Below, piece after piece: positions 55,248 through 64,000 of a stretch of 64,000 nt of DNA. Position 1 is the first letter of the stretch. Each line of letters starts with the position of its first letter. Where the stretch lies: the IMG/VR virus record IMGVR_UViG_3300007538_000001; one strand, 5' to 3'. Made by a program: the position numbers and the translations under genes. This DNA comes from an uncultured virus (IMG/VR IMGVR_UViG_3300007538_000001). Taxonomy: Duplodnaviria > Heunggongvirae > Uroviricota > Caudoviricetes > Crassvirales. The notes beneath the pieces are model-generated. The model did no database searches. It was not told where the DNA came from and saw only the letters and a program-made list of their open reading frames with translations.

Positions 55248-55988
55248 TTATTTATCTATAAAGACTTTATCCCAATCTATTGTTAAATTGTGATTCTCAT
55301 CACTTTCTGCTAATACTACTTTTTGACCTATTAAGTGTTTTTGACGTGATCCAACAATTAACTTATCAGATGGAGCAAAATCTATAATAGTTTTGTTCTC
55401 TTCTCTATAAATTAATCCAATTGAATCTGCCCAAGCACATAATATATCCTTTGTCTTTCCTGTTAAGTTTATAGATTTCTCCGTGAAGGTGTCTCCTTCT
55501 TTAGTTACATCTTTTTCTTTAACGTGTCCAACCATTATCAGAGTGTCACAATACTTTTCAAATGGCTTAACCATTTTAAAGAATGCTGCTCTTGTATATA
55601 AGTAACCAGCACCATTTGCTAGTGTTCTTACATCGTTACCCTGGAAATTAGCTCCCATAGGTGTTTGCATATAAAGTTGCTTTGCTAAAGGCAAAGACAT
55701 CTCTTCTAATGCAGTTAATGTGTCTAACGCAATAAACTTGTATGGAACTTTTCCATCATTAGCTTTTAATGCGTCATCTAAAGACTTCATTAAGTCTTTG
55801 AATTGAGTTAAGTTGTTAATCTTAACTACCATGGCATCAACATAGTCAGACCCCTCTTCCATATCTACTATTAAGCAATTCTCTAAATGAGCTAAGACTG
55901 TTGTCTTGCCCGTCTTAGGTGCTCCAAATATTAACATACGGTTTGGATCCTTCTTCGTACTGAACCTCCTCTTCATTGGTAAAATCAT
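55248..55988 (-). CDS. AAA_24 / Sak4-like ATPase
   Basis: GAPKTGKTT Walker A, D.E.G, IALDT.T and GAGY...R...GH motifs. Confidence 0.85.
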   Translation of the reverse strand: MILPMKRRFSTKKDPNRMLIFGAPKTGKTTVLAHLENCLIVDMEEGSDYVDAMVVKINNLTQFKDLMKSLDDALKANDGKVPYKFIALDTLTALEEMSLPLAKQLYMQTPMGANFQGNDVRTLANGAGYLYTRAAFFKMVKPFEKYCDTLIMVGHVKEKDVTKEGDTFTEKSINLTGKTKDILCAWADSIGLIYREENKTIIDFAPSDKLIVGSRQKHLIGQKVVLAESDENHNLTIDWDKVFIDK

Positions 55989-56026
55989 TTACTTTCTTCT
56001 TTTTGTTTGTTACTAATTATTTTCAC

Positions 56027-56344
56027 TCAAGGAGCAGCCTTTGTGTCTGGCTCCTTAGACCCTTTTGCTTTAGCTTGTTCTTGCTTCATGTGTTCCATCA
56101 GTGTATTTTTTGCTAATAGAAATGCCAACTCTCTCTTAGAGAAGCTTCTTTCCATTCTATCACATAATAATGCAACTACATTCTGCTTACTTGCGTCTAC
56201 AATAAAGTCATTAAACAGACTTTTATTCCTTTGTCCAAAAGTTATATGTTCTAATCCACACGATTCTATATCGTTATCTGTGTTGGAAAAATCATAATCT
56301 TTTGGCTCTGGAATATCTATCTTTTTCTTCTGCAATATACTCAT
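56027..56344 (-). CDS. Hypothetical protein
   Basis: 105-aa ORF. Confidence 0.6.
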   Translation of the reverse strand: MSILQKKKIDIPEPKDYDFSNTDNDIESCGLEHITFGQRNKSLFNDFIVDASKQNVVALLCDRMERSFSKRELAFLLAKNTLMEHMKQEQAKAKGSKEPDTKAAP

Positions 56345-56390
56345 TTTAAATGTATTATCCTAATTTATAGTCCTTTTTTTGTGATGACTT

Positions 56391-56864
56391 TTACCTGAAT
56401 TTTTCATGTATTTTGTCATAGATTTCTTGCCATTCCGGAAGTGGATCTACACCTTTGTCATCAATATACATGTCTGCTGAAATCTTACGACAATCAGCTT
56501 TATACTTCTTAATTAAATGAGGAAAATTACAATTAACATAATGATAAGGAATTCCATTATCTCTTAGCCAATGCATAGCATCAGATAAAGCATGACCTTC
56601 TCTACAAGTGTTAATTACAATTCCAAATCCTTCTGCGTGTAAAGCTCTAATAATTTTAGCAGCATCTTTACGCATTGGTCCTAAAGCAGGATATTCACTC
56701 ATACATATAGTTAGATCAAAATCAATTGCTAATATATGTTCTGGGTGATCTTGAATAGCTTCAAATTCATCTGCTATTTCTTGTCTTAAGCTATCAGTTA
56801 ATGTTTGAGGTGTTTTTAACCCATCAATCCAATCTCTAAAATCATTACTTGTCCATTTCTCCAT
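56391..56864 (-). CDS. HAD-superfamily hydrolase
   Basis: AIDFDLTI (DxD motif I), NTCR and RKI.AD.YIDD. Confidence 0.85.
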   Translation of the reverse strand: MEKWTSNDFRDWIDGLKTPQTLTDSLRQEIADEFEAIQDHPEHILAIDFDLTICMSEYPALGPMRKDAAKIIRALHAEGFGIVINTCREGHALSDAMHWLRDNGIPYHYVNCNFPHLIKKYKADCRKISADMYIDDKGVDPLPEWQEIYDKIHEKFR

Positions 56865-56995
56865 TAACTAAATATTTTATATAACATGAAACCAAATAAA
56901 CTTCCAAATATAAGTATTGCTACTAATAAAGAGCTTACTACTGCAAAGACCATAAGACCTTTTGCAAAACTAGAATCATTTTTCTTTTTTGTCAT
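56864..56995 (-). CDS. Small single-TM membrane protein (43 aa, absent from the ORF track)
   Basis: Translated by hand: MTKKKNDSSFAKGLMVFAVVSSLLVAILIFGSLFGFMLYKIFS*. Its stop overlaps the next ATG. Confidence 0.6.
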   Translation of the reverse strand: MTKKKNDSSFAKGLMVFAVVSSLLVAILIFGSLFGFMLYKIFS

Positions 56996-57311
56996 TTGTT
57001 AAATTTTTATCAATGTACCTATCATCCATATCCTTCCGGAAAAGGAACATATAAGATAGAAACATTGCATTACATAATATATGACCAACATGTGAAAGCT
57101 TACTTTCTTGGTCATTATCTTCGCCGTCTATGAATGAATTCATATGCCTTTGAAGGCTCTCACATACCTCTGTATACTTGAGCCCTCCTTTCCAATTATG
57201 ATCGTCATATTTTTCGGCACCAAACATTAACACACGCACCATTGGCTCTAAAGCCCTCCATGAAACTAAGCTCCATTTAAGCTTACCTGTATTATATCTG
57301 TCTCCTGCCAT
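56976..57311 (-). CDS. dATP/dGTP diphosphohydrolase domain protein (DUF5664-like)
   Basis: R...GK..W.L....L.....V..FGA.KY...NW..G, S..RH and GE..D.ES...H..H..CN..FL. Confidence 0.85.
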   Translation of the reverse strand: MAGDRYNTGKLKWSLVSWRALEPMVRVLMFGAEKYDDHNWKGGLKYTEVCESLQRHMNSFIDGEDNDQESKLSHVGHILCNAMFLSYMFLFRKDMDDRYIDKNLTNDKKEK

Positions 57312-57491
57312 TTACTTTGCTTTATTATTAAAGTTAACAATGTTTGGAATTTCATCATACAGATCGTATCCATAAGATTCTTGCCATTCATCATCTTTAT
57401 TAAATCTATCATAGACAACGCCTTCTATGTCAAATTTTATTTGAACATAATCTCCGTTAGGAAAAGTTATATATTTATATTCTTCTTTCAT
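57312..57491 (-). CDS. Small hypothetical protein (59 aa, absent from the ORF track)
   Basis: Translated by hand: MKEEYKYITFPNGDYVQIKFDIEGVVYDRFNKDDEWQESYGYDLYDEIPNIVNFNNKAK*. It fills the gap between neighbours exactly. Confidence 0.65.
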   Translation of the reverse strand: MKEEYKYITFPNGDYVQIKFDIEGVVYDRFNKDDEWQESYGYDLYDEIPNIVNFNNKAK

Positions 57492-57796
57492 TACTCAGCA
57501 ACAGTAACTACATTCTCAGTAGGCAAAGTATCAACTATGCTAATTCCGTAGAACTTACATAATTGAGCTAAATCTTCTACCTTTAAAGAACAAATGCCTT
57601 TTTCAATTCTAGAAACTGTTGTGGAAGAAATGTTAACACCATTGTTAGCTAATCTTCTTATCAGTTGCTCTATGTTAATATCAGCTTTCTTTCTTTCTTC
57701 AAGTAATTTGTGACCAATGTAGCCCAATAAACTTACTTCTATCTCTGTAACCTCTTTTGTGATTACTTCTCTTTCTGTTATTATTTTATAATTCAT
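57491..57796 (-). CDS. XRE-family helix-turn-helix regulator
   Basis: IG.KL...RK......QL.......IS..TVSRIEKG......L..LC..Y.I pattern. Confidence 0.82.
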   Translation of the reverse strand: MNYKIITEREVITKEVTEIEVSLLGYIGHKLLEERKKADINIEQLIRRLANNGVNISSTTVSRIEKGICSLKVEDLAQLCKFYGISIVDTLPTENVVTVAE

Positions 57797-57810
57797 TTTT
57801 ATTTGTTTAC

Positions 57811-58932
57811 TTATTTATCTAATCTAAATCCATGCATTACAGGGAACCTAGGGACACCTGTGTCAGAGTATTCAAAGAATCTAAGCTCACAAGTTTTACC
57901 TATGTATTTATCTTGATTCTTTAAAATATCTTCTCTCATTCTATGGTCTAAAGCTAGTCCACAACCCATGATATCATTACCAAGTATGTGTCCTGTTGCT
58001 CCCGGCCAATAGAAATATGGTTTACCATGCCCTGGTACTTTCTCTGAAGGTTCAACTCCCATTAAAGGTAATGCTAAGTCAAAGAATTCTTTAAGCTTAA
58101 GCAAGTTACTGCTTCTGCCATTACATTTATATCCTTCTTCCGTATTAACTCTAACCATTGTTCCCTCGAATCCTAAGTCTAAGAATTCTGAATGATGTCT
58201 CATTACTTCTTCCTCATCGTCAACCAAAAACGTTGGAGATATTTGAGTATGAGTTAATGAGTCTAATCCAAGCTCTGTAAGAGTATCAAACCTTAATGCA
58301 AATGGTAAATCTTGAACAGTATCGTACGTTACGTATTTAACTTGTTCTGTTTGACCTTTTCTATATTTTTTGCATAAACGCATGTTCTCTTGAAAACTTA
58401 AACCATGAGCATATAGCTCACCATCTAAAATAACTCCTTCTGTATACAATGGCATTAATTCTGCCTTAATGTGATCCATAGTTATTATTTCATTTCCAGA
58501 TCTAGACATAAAAGTTATCTCACCATTTTTCATGATTGCAAGACATCTCATTCCGTCATATTTAGGCTGAACGTAAACATTACCTTCTACCCATTCTATT
58601 TTATTACTTTCTTTTCCGTACACTTTTGCAAGCATAGGGAGTATCACTTCATTATTTTCTGCTTCAGCTTTAGTTTTAAAGTAGCCTTCTTTAAGCTTCT
58701 TATCGTACTTAGCTTTAGCAACAAGCCTAGCTTGCTGTACAGGTGATGTTTCATTTGCTCTACCAATATTCTTGCCTTCACAATAACTGTCATTCTGTAC
58801 TTCTGCTCCTCCTACAATTCCACTTTTTTGAGTAACTTTATTGTCCTCAGTGTCTATTATTAGGTATCTTATCTTGCCTTTACTATCTTTCTTATAAAGC
58901 TCATAGTGTTTGGCTTCTTTTTTTACCAACAT
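57811..58932 (-). CDS. ATP-dependent DNA ligase
   Basis: PMLA, QPKYDGMR (adenylated Lys), SR.G, LDGELY, EG.MVR, RS..LLK.K and G.PRFP. Confidence 0.93.
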   Translation of the reverse strand: MLVKKEAKHYELYKKDSKGKIRYLIIDTEDNKVTQKSGIVGGAEVQNDSYCEGKNIGRANETSPVQQARLVAKAKYDKKLKEGYFKTKAEAENNEVILPMLAKVYGKESNKIEWVEGNVYVQPKYDGMRCLAIMKNGEITFMSRSGNEIITMDHIKAELMPLYTEGVILDGELYAHGLSFQENMRLCKKYRKGQTEQVKYVTYDTVQDLPFALRFDTLTELGLDSLTHTQISPTFLVDDEEEVMRHHSEFLDLGFEGTMVRVNTEEGYKCNGRSSNLLKLKEFFDLALPLMGVEPSEKVPGHGKPYFYWPGATGHILGNDIMGCGLALDHRMREDILKNQDKYIGKTCELRFFEYSDTGVPRFPVMHGFRLDK

Positions 58933-58933
58933 A

Positions 58934-59161
58934 TTAATCTTCTTCGTTTTCTATAAATTCATCTTCTGGGATCAATCCGGTGTGTGCTTGGCAATCATTG
59001 CAATAACTATCTTCATCATCACCACAACTACCTGTTATATCTTGTGTGTTTGAATTAACCCACATTTTTTCTTCAACATCGTCAGATCCGCAGTCTTCAC
59101 AAACCCATACTATTAATGGTTCTTCAACTTCCTTCTTCTCTTTTTTCTTCAGTTCTATCAT
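58934..59161 (-). CDS. Small zinc-ribbon protein
   Basis: CEDCGS...W and YCNDC (two CxxC pairs); the exact start is uncertain. Confidence 0.65.
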   Translation of the reverse strand: MIELKKKEKKEVEEPLIVWVCEDCGSDDVEEKMWVNSNTQDITGSCGDDEDSYCNDCQAHTGLIPEDEFIENEED

Positions 59162-59561
59162 CTTCAACCTCTTGTTTTAATTTCTCTAAATAATTAAAAG
59201 TTTCTATGTCAATATATCCCATTTCAGTTCCAATTGGAATATTCAACATATCTTTTGCTACCACATCTTTCATATAAGCTACTCTTCCAGTTTTGTAAGC
59301 GTCACTTACACCCATTTTGGCACCACCTCTTTTTAAAGAGAAACCAGGCGTATTAGATTTTTCAGAATCAATTTCAACAAGAGCAATGTAGCCTTTATCT
59401 ATTTGTTCCTGAACTGATGGAGCAAAACCATAACCAATTATAGTTTTCTTTTCAAAAGTATCTTTCATGGTTCTATCCATAAGGATTTCACCAGTTTCCC
59501 ACTCTTCTCCTGTGATTGGGCATACTCTGTAAGCCATGCCTACATAACTTTTTTCACTCAT
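59124..59561 (-). CDS. Hypothetical protein
   Basis: 145-aa ORF overlapping both neighbours. Confidence 0.65.
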   Translation of the reverse strand: MSEKSYVGMAYRVCPITGEEWETGEILMDRTMKDTFEKKTIIGYGFAPSVQEQIDKGYIALVEIDSEKSNTPGFSLKRGGAKMGVSDAYKTGRVAYMKDVVAKDMLNIPIGTEMGYIDIETFNYLEKLKQEVEDDRTEEKREEGS

Positions 59562-59821
59562 ATTATTTTTACATTAAACAATTTATCTAATTTTTCCATA
59601 AACCTTTTAGCAGTAGCCTCTTTATCAGTAGTACATCCCCACTCTTTTCCACTATCGAGGCAAAGAGTGATTACATATTCATTTTTCTTGTCATCATAAC
59701 GACATCTATAACATATGACAGAATCTCTTCTTACTCTCATTTCATCTAGATCATCAGATATAGTGAACATTTCAGGATTACCATAACCTTCTGGTTTTCT
59801 TTTATCATCTAATAAACTCAT
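59558..59821 (-). CDS. Hypothetical protein
   Basis: 87-aa ORF with ATGA overlaps at both ends. Confidence 0.65.
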   Translation of the reverse strand: MSLLDDKRKPEGYGNPEMFTISDDLDEMRVRRDSVICYRCRYDDKKNEYVITLCLDSGKEWGCTTDKEATAKRFMEKLDKLFNVKII

Positions 59822-61017
59822 ATTCCAAAATTCTTTTTAGGTTTAGGTGCTCCAGTTCTTCCAAGTAAATTATCTGCCGTTGATTCAAACTTAATTAAAG
59901 CTTGAGTCTCATTAGGAGCAGGTAATTCAACAAATCTGTTTGTTGCACCATCAAATAGAAAGTGATGATATTTGTTAGGGGGCCCAAATCTATTCTTCAG
60001 AATAACTACTGCTCTGAAGGTATCTCTAAATCTCCGTATATCATATCCATGATAATCATCAAATCCATATCTATCAGGTGAATAAACACCTATTATTACT
60101 TTAGCATCTCGCTGTATCTCTTTGTTATTTGCAAATCCTGCCAGTGAGGGTTCAGTTTTCTTCTGAATACTTTCACCTTTATTAGTGAATTGTTCTCTCT
60201 CTCCTGATTGTTCTTGTTGTATAACATTTACAACAGCCCAGTTCCAGTGCTTGGTGATCTGCTTTAGAGCATAATCAGTACTCCATTTTGCCATGGTCTG
60301 GTGTTGAGTCATTGTACTACCGGTTTCTTTATTCTTTTCCGGAGTTAATAAACTCATATGATCAACTACAATTATATTTACTTGGTTAGGATCATTAGGA
60401 ACATAATGAGAATATACTTTCACTGTTTCAGTGCTAGTGCTACCATCTTTATGCTTCTTAATAAATTCCCTATCCTCATATACATGTTGTCCATTTTTGT
60501 CTGCGTAATCTCTACAATACTTGTAGATTCCTGTTGGATTATAAACTGAGTCTATTATCTCAACTGAGTCAAGTAGTTTCTCTACCTCATCCATGTGTAA
60601 TTCTATCAAATCCATAGTAGCATCATCTAATGATTGCTGTCTGAATCCTTGAAGAGTTAATAAATCAACTCTAATCTTACACTTGGATGATATGAAATTA
60701 CATATCATTGAATCAATAAATTCTTGCTTAGATTCCTCTAAAGCAAAATAGAATATCTTTAACTTAATGCCATGCTTTATAGCGTATTCTAATGGCTCTC
60801 TCACAGCTAATGCTTTGGCTACTTGGGTTTTACCCACGCCAGAACCAGCTGTAATCATTGTAATCATTCCTGGAACAATACCAGGCACAGAACTTGCAAG
60901 TTTAGGATAATTTTCAAAAGGAATACAAAATATTTTGCCTTGCTCCTTCTCTTGTTTAATTTTCCTAAGTTCAGCAACTCTGCCTTTTACTTTATTTTCA
61001 CCTTTTTTCTCTAACAT
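59818..61017 (-). CDS. dnaB: Replicative helicase, DnaB/SF4-like
   Basis: AGSGVGKT Walker A, FALE, IIVVDH Walker B, IQQ, DA..I.G...P and ILKNRFG. Confidence 0.85.
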   Translation of the reverse strand: MLEKKGENKVKGRVAELRKIKQEKEQGKIFCIPFENYPKLASSVPGIVPGMITMITAGSGVGKTQVAKALAVREPLEYAIKHGIKLKIFYFALEESKQEFIDSMICNFISSKCKIRVDLLTLQGFRQQSLDDATMDLIELHMDEVEKLLDSVEIIDSVYNPTGIYKYCRDYADKNGQHVYEDREFIKKHKDGSTSTETVKVYSHYVPNDPNQVNIIVVDHMSLLTPEKNKETGSTMTQHQTMAKWSTDYALKQITKHWNWAVVNVIQQEQSGEREQFTNKGESIQKKTEPSLAGFANNKEIQRDAKVIIGVYSPDRYGFDDYHGYDIRRFRDTFRAVVILKNRFGPPNKYHHFLFDGATNRFVELPAPNETQALIKFESTADNLLGRTGAPKPKKNFGI

Positions 61018-61030
61018 ATATCTCCTTCAT

Positions 61031-61585
61031 TTATAAATAGTCTTCATCCTCATAACGACTACCTCTTGTATATTCTTCATCAAGTAAGTACGCGTACTTC
61101 TCGTGATAACCTTCATTAAGCCATCTTGTTGCTTCAACCATATATTCTAAGTCACCAGCTTTTTCCATCTGTTTAACTTGTAGCTGAAGTACTTTAATAG
61201 CTTTCTCTTCTTCTTCAATATTCTTTTTGAAGATCTTATTCCATTTAGCCCTCAATCTTTTACCTAATATGGTATCAGGATCTGCTGGACTTAATGCTCT
61301 TGAGCCTCCAAACTTCTTTTTAACGTTAGTTGGATAAGCGTCGAGCCAATCTTCAAATTTCTCTTTTTTAACAGAGAAGAATATTTCAGCCTTGTCTCTA
61401 ATAAACACACCTTCAGATGTAAGTTTAATAAAACCCTTTTTCTCTAATTCTAACAATTGTTCTAGCGTATAGCTGAACTCCTCGGAGATACAGTAATTAT
61501 TTGCTAGGTTGTATAGTATAAGATACTCATTGATTGTTAAACCTACATCTTTCAGTAATGTCATTGGTATTTTAATTTCATCCAT
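61031..61585 (-). CDS. Putative replication initiator / helicase-loader-like protein
   Basis: N-terminal winged-HTH-like region with F..W...YP and .TRWLN segments; adjacent to the helicase. Confidence 0.5.
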   Translation of the reverse strand: MDEIKIPMTLLKDVGLTINEYLILYNLANNYCISEEFSYTLEQLLELEKKGFIKLTSEGVFIRDKAEIFFSVKKEKFEDWLDAYPTNVKKKFGGSRALSPADPDTILGKRLRAKWNKIFKKNIEEEEKAIKVLQLQVKQMEKAGDLEYMVEATRWLNEGYHEKYAYLLDEEYTRGSRYEDEDYL

Positions 61586-61824
61586 TAGCTATTGCCATAA
61601 ATCTCTATTTTATTTGTTTCTAATTCATAATTCTCAATCAAGCCAAAGAAAGCAGATATTTGAGAATGAGTACAGATTACATCAAAGTTTTCAGCTATTA
61701 ACTTCGCCATTTTGTCTGGTGTATTCCTATATTCTCTCTCAAATTCCTTTTCCATTAAGCTTATTGCCCACTCGAGTTCAATATTATCGAACCTATTACT
61801 TGTTTTCTCTTGTTTTGACACCAT
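61585..61824 (-). CDS. Hypothetical protein
   Basis: 79-aa coupled ORF. Confidence 0.6.
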   Translation of the reverse strand: MVSKQEKTSNRFDNIELEWAISLMEKEFEREYRNTPDKMAKLIAENFDVICTHSQISAFFGLIENYELETNKIEIYGNS

Positions 61825-63081
61825 CTAAGCATATGTTACGTATTTATTATCAAAATCTTGCATTGCATTATCAAAGTACACCTCGTCTTGCGTGTCTTTC
61901 ACCACAATTAGATGCATCTCTGGAAATTCATGTCTTAAACACCTACCAAACATTTGAAAGAATGACCCAACGGTACTGTCCAATTGAACAATTATTCCTT
62001 TCTCTATATTAGATAAGTTTATTCCTTCGCGAAGCATTTTAACAGCAAACAACTCACTACAAGAACCATCATTAAAACAGTCTATTAAGTTCTGGTTATC
62101 TTCCCTTGTATTCTTGGAATTAACAGCACTTTTGGAGCCTAACTTTACTGATTGTTCTATTGTACCAGTAAAACAAATAAACCTCTTCTGAGAGCCTCTA
62201 AATTGCTTAACAATGCTGGCTGCTTTATCTGTTTTTACTTTAGAAATAAACTTTTTTCTTTGGGATCCCAAATTTAAGAATTTATTTCGACATGCTTGAC
62301 GTATTTGATAAGAATTATTAGTCTGAGATTGATCTTGATAATAACTCATTTGCTTAGTGATTAACTCATAATACTGAATTTCATTACATTTAACAAGTAA
62401 ACCAGTACCTTTTGGTAATGATTTCTGAACAGTCCACATATCACTATACTTACAAGTGACAGTTTTCTTTCCTTTACCAGCTTTTTTGAATTGAAACTCA
62501 TGATTACCCGTAGGTGTTAAACCCATTTTGTGAACTACAAGTTCGGGTGTTGGCAACAAACCTAAGTCAATTGCTTTCAATAATGGTATTTTATAGTTAT
62601 ACACATTTCCTAAGAGACCCTTTATTAGGTCCTTCTTGTCCATCGGAATAGTAGCAGATAAAAGTATCACCTTTGTTGCAGGGCCAATTAGGCTTTTCAA
62701 AAGTGATACTCTTTTATCCGTTAATGCGTGGCATTCGTCCAGTATAATGAAATCTGGATGCGTCGAGTGATGCTGGTGCTTATGTAAAGAAGCGTAAAGG
62801 AACATAGAAACCTTTTTCATAACTGTTTTTTTCTTATGCTTCACAAACTCATCTTCCCAATTTTTCAAATGGGTTGACTCTTTGCATATTAATAGACCAT
62901 GTGAATTTCTACGCGTACTTAAAATGTCCTCTATTATCCTTATGGATGCAAGAGACTTGCCTACGCCTGTACTCCATTCCAAACACAAGTGTTGATTAGA
63001 CTGAGAAATTTGAACTGCAAGAGATTGTATTTCGGATTTTATCCTATTACTCTCTTCAGTACTAATCCTCGTCTTCTTCAT
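61825..63081 (-). CDS. Superfamily 2 (DExH) helicase
   Basis: STGVGKS, IILDECH, LSAT, L.EGIN and Q..GR.LR. Confidence 0.9.
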   Translation of the reverse strand: MKKTRISTEESNRIKSEIQSLAVQISQSNQHLCLEWSTGVGKSLASIRIIEDILSTRRNSHGLLICKESTHLKNWEDEFVKHKKKTVMKKVSMFLYASLHKHQHHSTHPDFIILDECHALTDKRVSLLKSLIGPATKVILLSATIPMDKKDLIKGLLGNVYNYKIPLLKAIDLGLLPTPELVVHKMGLTPTGNHEFQFKKAGKGKKTVTCKYSDMWTVQKSLPKGTGLLVKCNEIQYYELITKQMSYYQDQSQTNNSYQIRQACRNKFLNLGSQRKKFISKVKTDKAASIVKQFRGSQKRFICFTGTIEQSVKLGSKSAVNSKNTREDNQNLIDCFNDGSCSELFAVKMLREGINLSNIEKGIIVQLDSTVGSFFQMFGRCLRHEFPEMHLIVVKDTQDEVYFDNAMQDFDNKYVTYA

Positions 63082-63679
63082 CTCTTGCGCTATTTATCAG
63101 ACCATCTATCAGGTCATCAATTTCTTCATCAGATGCTTTAGATAGATCATCAATGTTAATACCTTTCATATTCTTTCCAAACTCTTCAATGTTAAGGCCT
63201 ATTCTTTTACCTTTTACATTGCTACCTTTGAAGTTAGAAGTTTTAGGTATTTCTCCATTACGCTGTCCTTCTCTAACTTTATCCATTAAATCGTCAGCGT
63301 AATCTTTTAGATGAGGTTTATGGAATTGTATTGCTTGCGCAACAGCAATCATAGCTTTAGCAAATGTGTCATCGCGCATACCTACTTGCATAAGTATCTC
63401 ACCAATTGATTCATCACTAGCTCTTACGAAAGCACAATCCATGCTTTCTATACCTGATTCTCCTTCTTGAGCATTTGGATCAGCTGTTGCCACAAATGTG
63501 AGAATATGCTGATTCTTATTCAAGTTGTTCTCAAGCACGTATGCCATAAGTTCAAGAGCATGTCTCAACTTACCTTGTACAGTTCCTGAAATTGGTTTGC
63601 TTATTTGTTCACCCTCTGGTGATACGGGTTTTTGCGAACCTTTACCGTTGTTGTTTCCTTTTTTAAATAGTCCAAACAT
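63062..63679 (-). CDS. Hypothetical protein
   Basis: 205-aa ORF overlapping the helicase start. Confidence 0.65.
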   Translation of the reverse strand: MFGLFKKGNNNGKGSQKPVSPEGEQISKPISGTVQGKLRHALELMAYVLENNLNKNQHILTFVATADPNAQEGESGIESMDCAFVRASDESIGEILMQVGMRDDTFAKAMIAVAQAIQFHKPHLKDYADDLMDKVREGQRNGEIPKTSNFKGSNVKGKRIGLNIEEFGKNMKGINIDDLSKASDEEIDDLIDGLINSARDEEDED

Positions 63680-63707
63680 ATTCTTATTGTTTTTGTTTTA
63701 GATTAAT

Positions 63708-63731
63708 GGGAGAGACTCTAATGCCTCTCCC
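63708..63731. terminator. Intergenic hairpin (possible terminator)
   Basis: GGGAGAG-N10-CTCTCCC; weak U-tract. Confidence 0.45.
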
Positions 63732-63826
63732 GAATTTAATAATTCTACTCCTTTATCAGGTGTAATTAACTTGCCTTATGGCAATAAGTTAAAATACATC
63801 ATCTTTTGATTTAGTTTTTGTTAAGT

Positions 63827-63921
63827 TTCCCTTGGGTCACAATTGTCCTTGTTAACAGCTAACGCTAGCACCATAGTTTGTGACACATCGAGTGCTACTA
63901 ATAACCGGCCATCCAAGGGAA
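63827..63921 (-). ncRNA. Candidate structured RNA with a pseudoknot (family unassigned)
   Basis: 9-bp closing stem TTCCCTTGG/CCAAGGGAA, inner stem TAGCAC/GTGCTA and a crossing 7-bp GTCACAA/TTGTGAC pairing; intergenic. Confidence 0.5.
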
Positions 63922-63929
63922 TAACTACT

Positions 63930-64000
63930 TTACTGATGCATGTGAACATGCACCTTATTTCCTCTATTTGTAACTTTTCCGTCTATTTGAAGGATTTTTC
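63930..64000 (-). CDS. C-terminal end of a gene starting outside the window
   Basis: The only open minus-strand frame at the edge reads ...KILQIDGKVTNRGNKVHVHMHQ*. Confidence 0.4.
   Translation of the reverse strand, partial: KILQIDGKVTNRGNKVHVHMHQ

Noticed and set aside
1..64000. Stop-codon reassignment (TAG/TGA), known in some crAss-like phages
   Set aside because: Giant ORFs are intact under the standard code, and TAG and TGA end several genes at sensible positions.
1..64000. tRNA genes, CRISPR arrays, integrase, DGR reverse transcriptase, DNA polymerase, terminase, portal
   Set aside because: None was recognised in this window by eye; polymerase, terminase and portal presumably lie outside it.

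Overview
This window is a 64-kb segment of an AT-rich crAss-like (Crassvirales-type) lytic phage genome. The host is probably a Bacteroidota bacterium (inference from the gene set and promoter motif), and the standard genetic code fits. The + strand (1-40990) is the late module: a lysis cassette (holin, M15 peptidase endolysin, spanin-like protein), then scaffold-like protein, major capsid protein, ring/hub/auxiliary proteins, cadherin-like appendage proteins, a phosphoesterase, an IHF-like protein and the muzzle. It ends with five large cargo/ejection proteins, the last a 3516-aa virion RNA polymerase with a DFDID motif. The - strand (41087-64000) converges on it at a bidirectional terminator. 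It carries replication and nucleotide genes (SF2 helicase, DnaB-like helicase, ATP-dependent ligase, dATP/dGTP diphosphohydrolase, HAD hydrolase, AAA ATPase, SSB, primase, MoxR/vWA pair, resolvase, PD-(D/E)XK nuclease, class II RNR, HNH endonuclease, phosphatase) and small accessory ORFs. Most notable observations: (1) the five cargo proteins (7567 aa) contain only two cysteines, one at the C-terminus of the 1897-aa protein and one at the N-terminus of the adjacent RNAP; (2) repeat-bracketed domain cassettes, one GNAT-like, sit inside the 1897-aa protein; (3) a repeated N-x-Phi-x-x-GG motif punctuates two cargo proteins; (4) a pseudoknotted intergenic RNA candidate lies at about 63.85 kb; (5) a TTG-N19/20-TATATTTA promoter marks inserted genes; (6) an HNH remnant is hidden at 49.8-49.9 kb; (7) several frameshifts, mostly at A-runs, affect - strand genes. 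Family assignments come from motif recognition and synteny only; no database searches were run.
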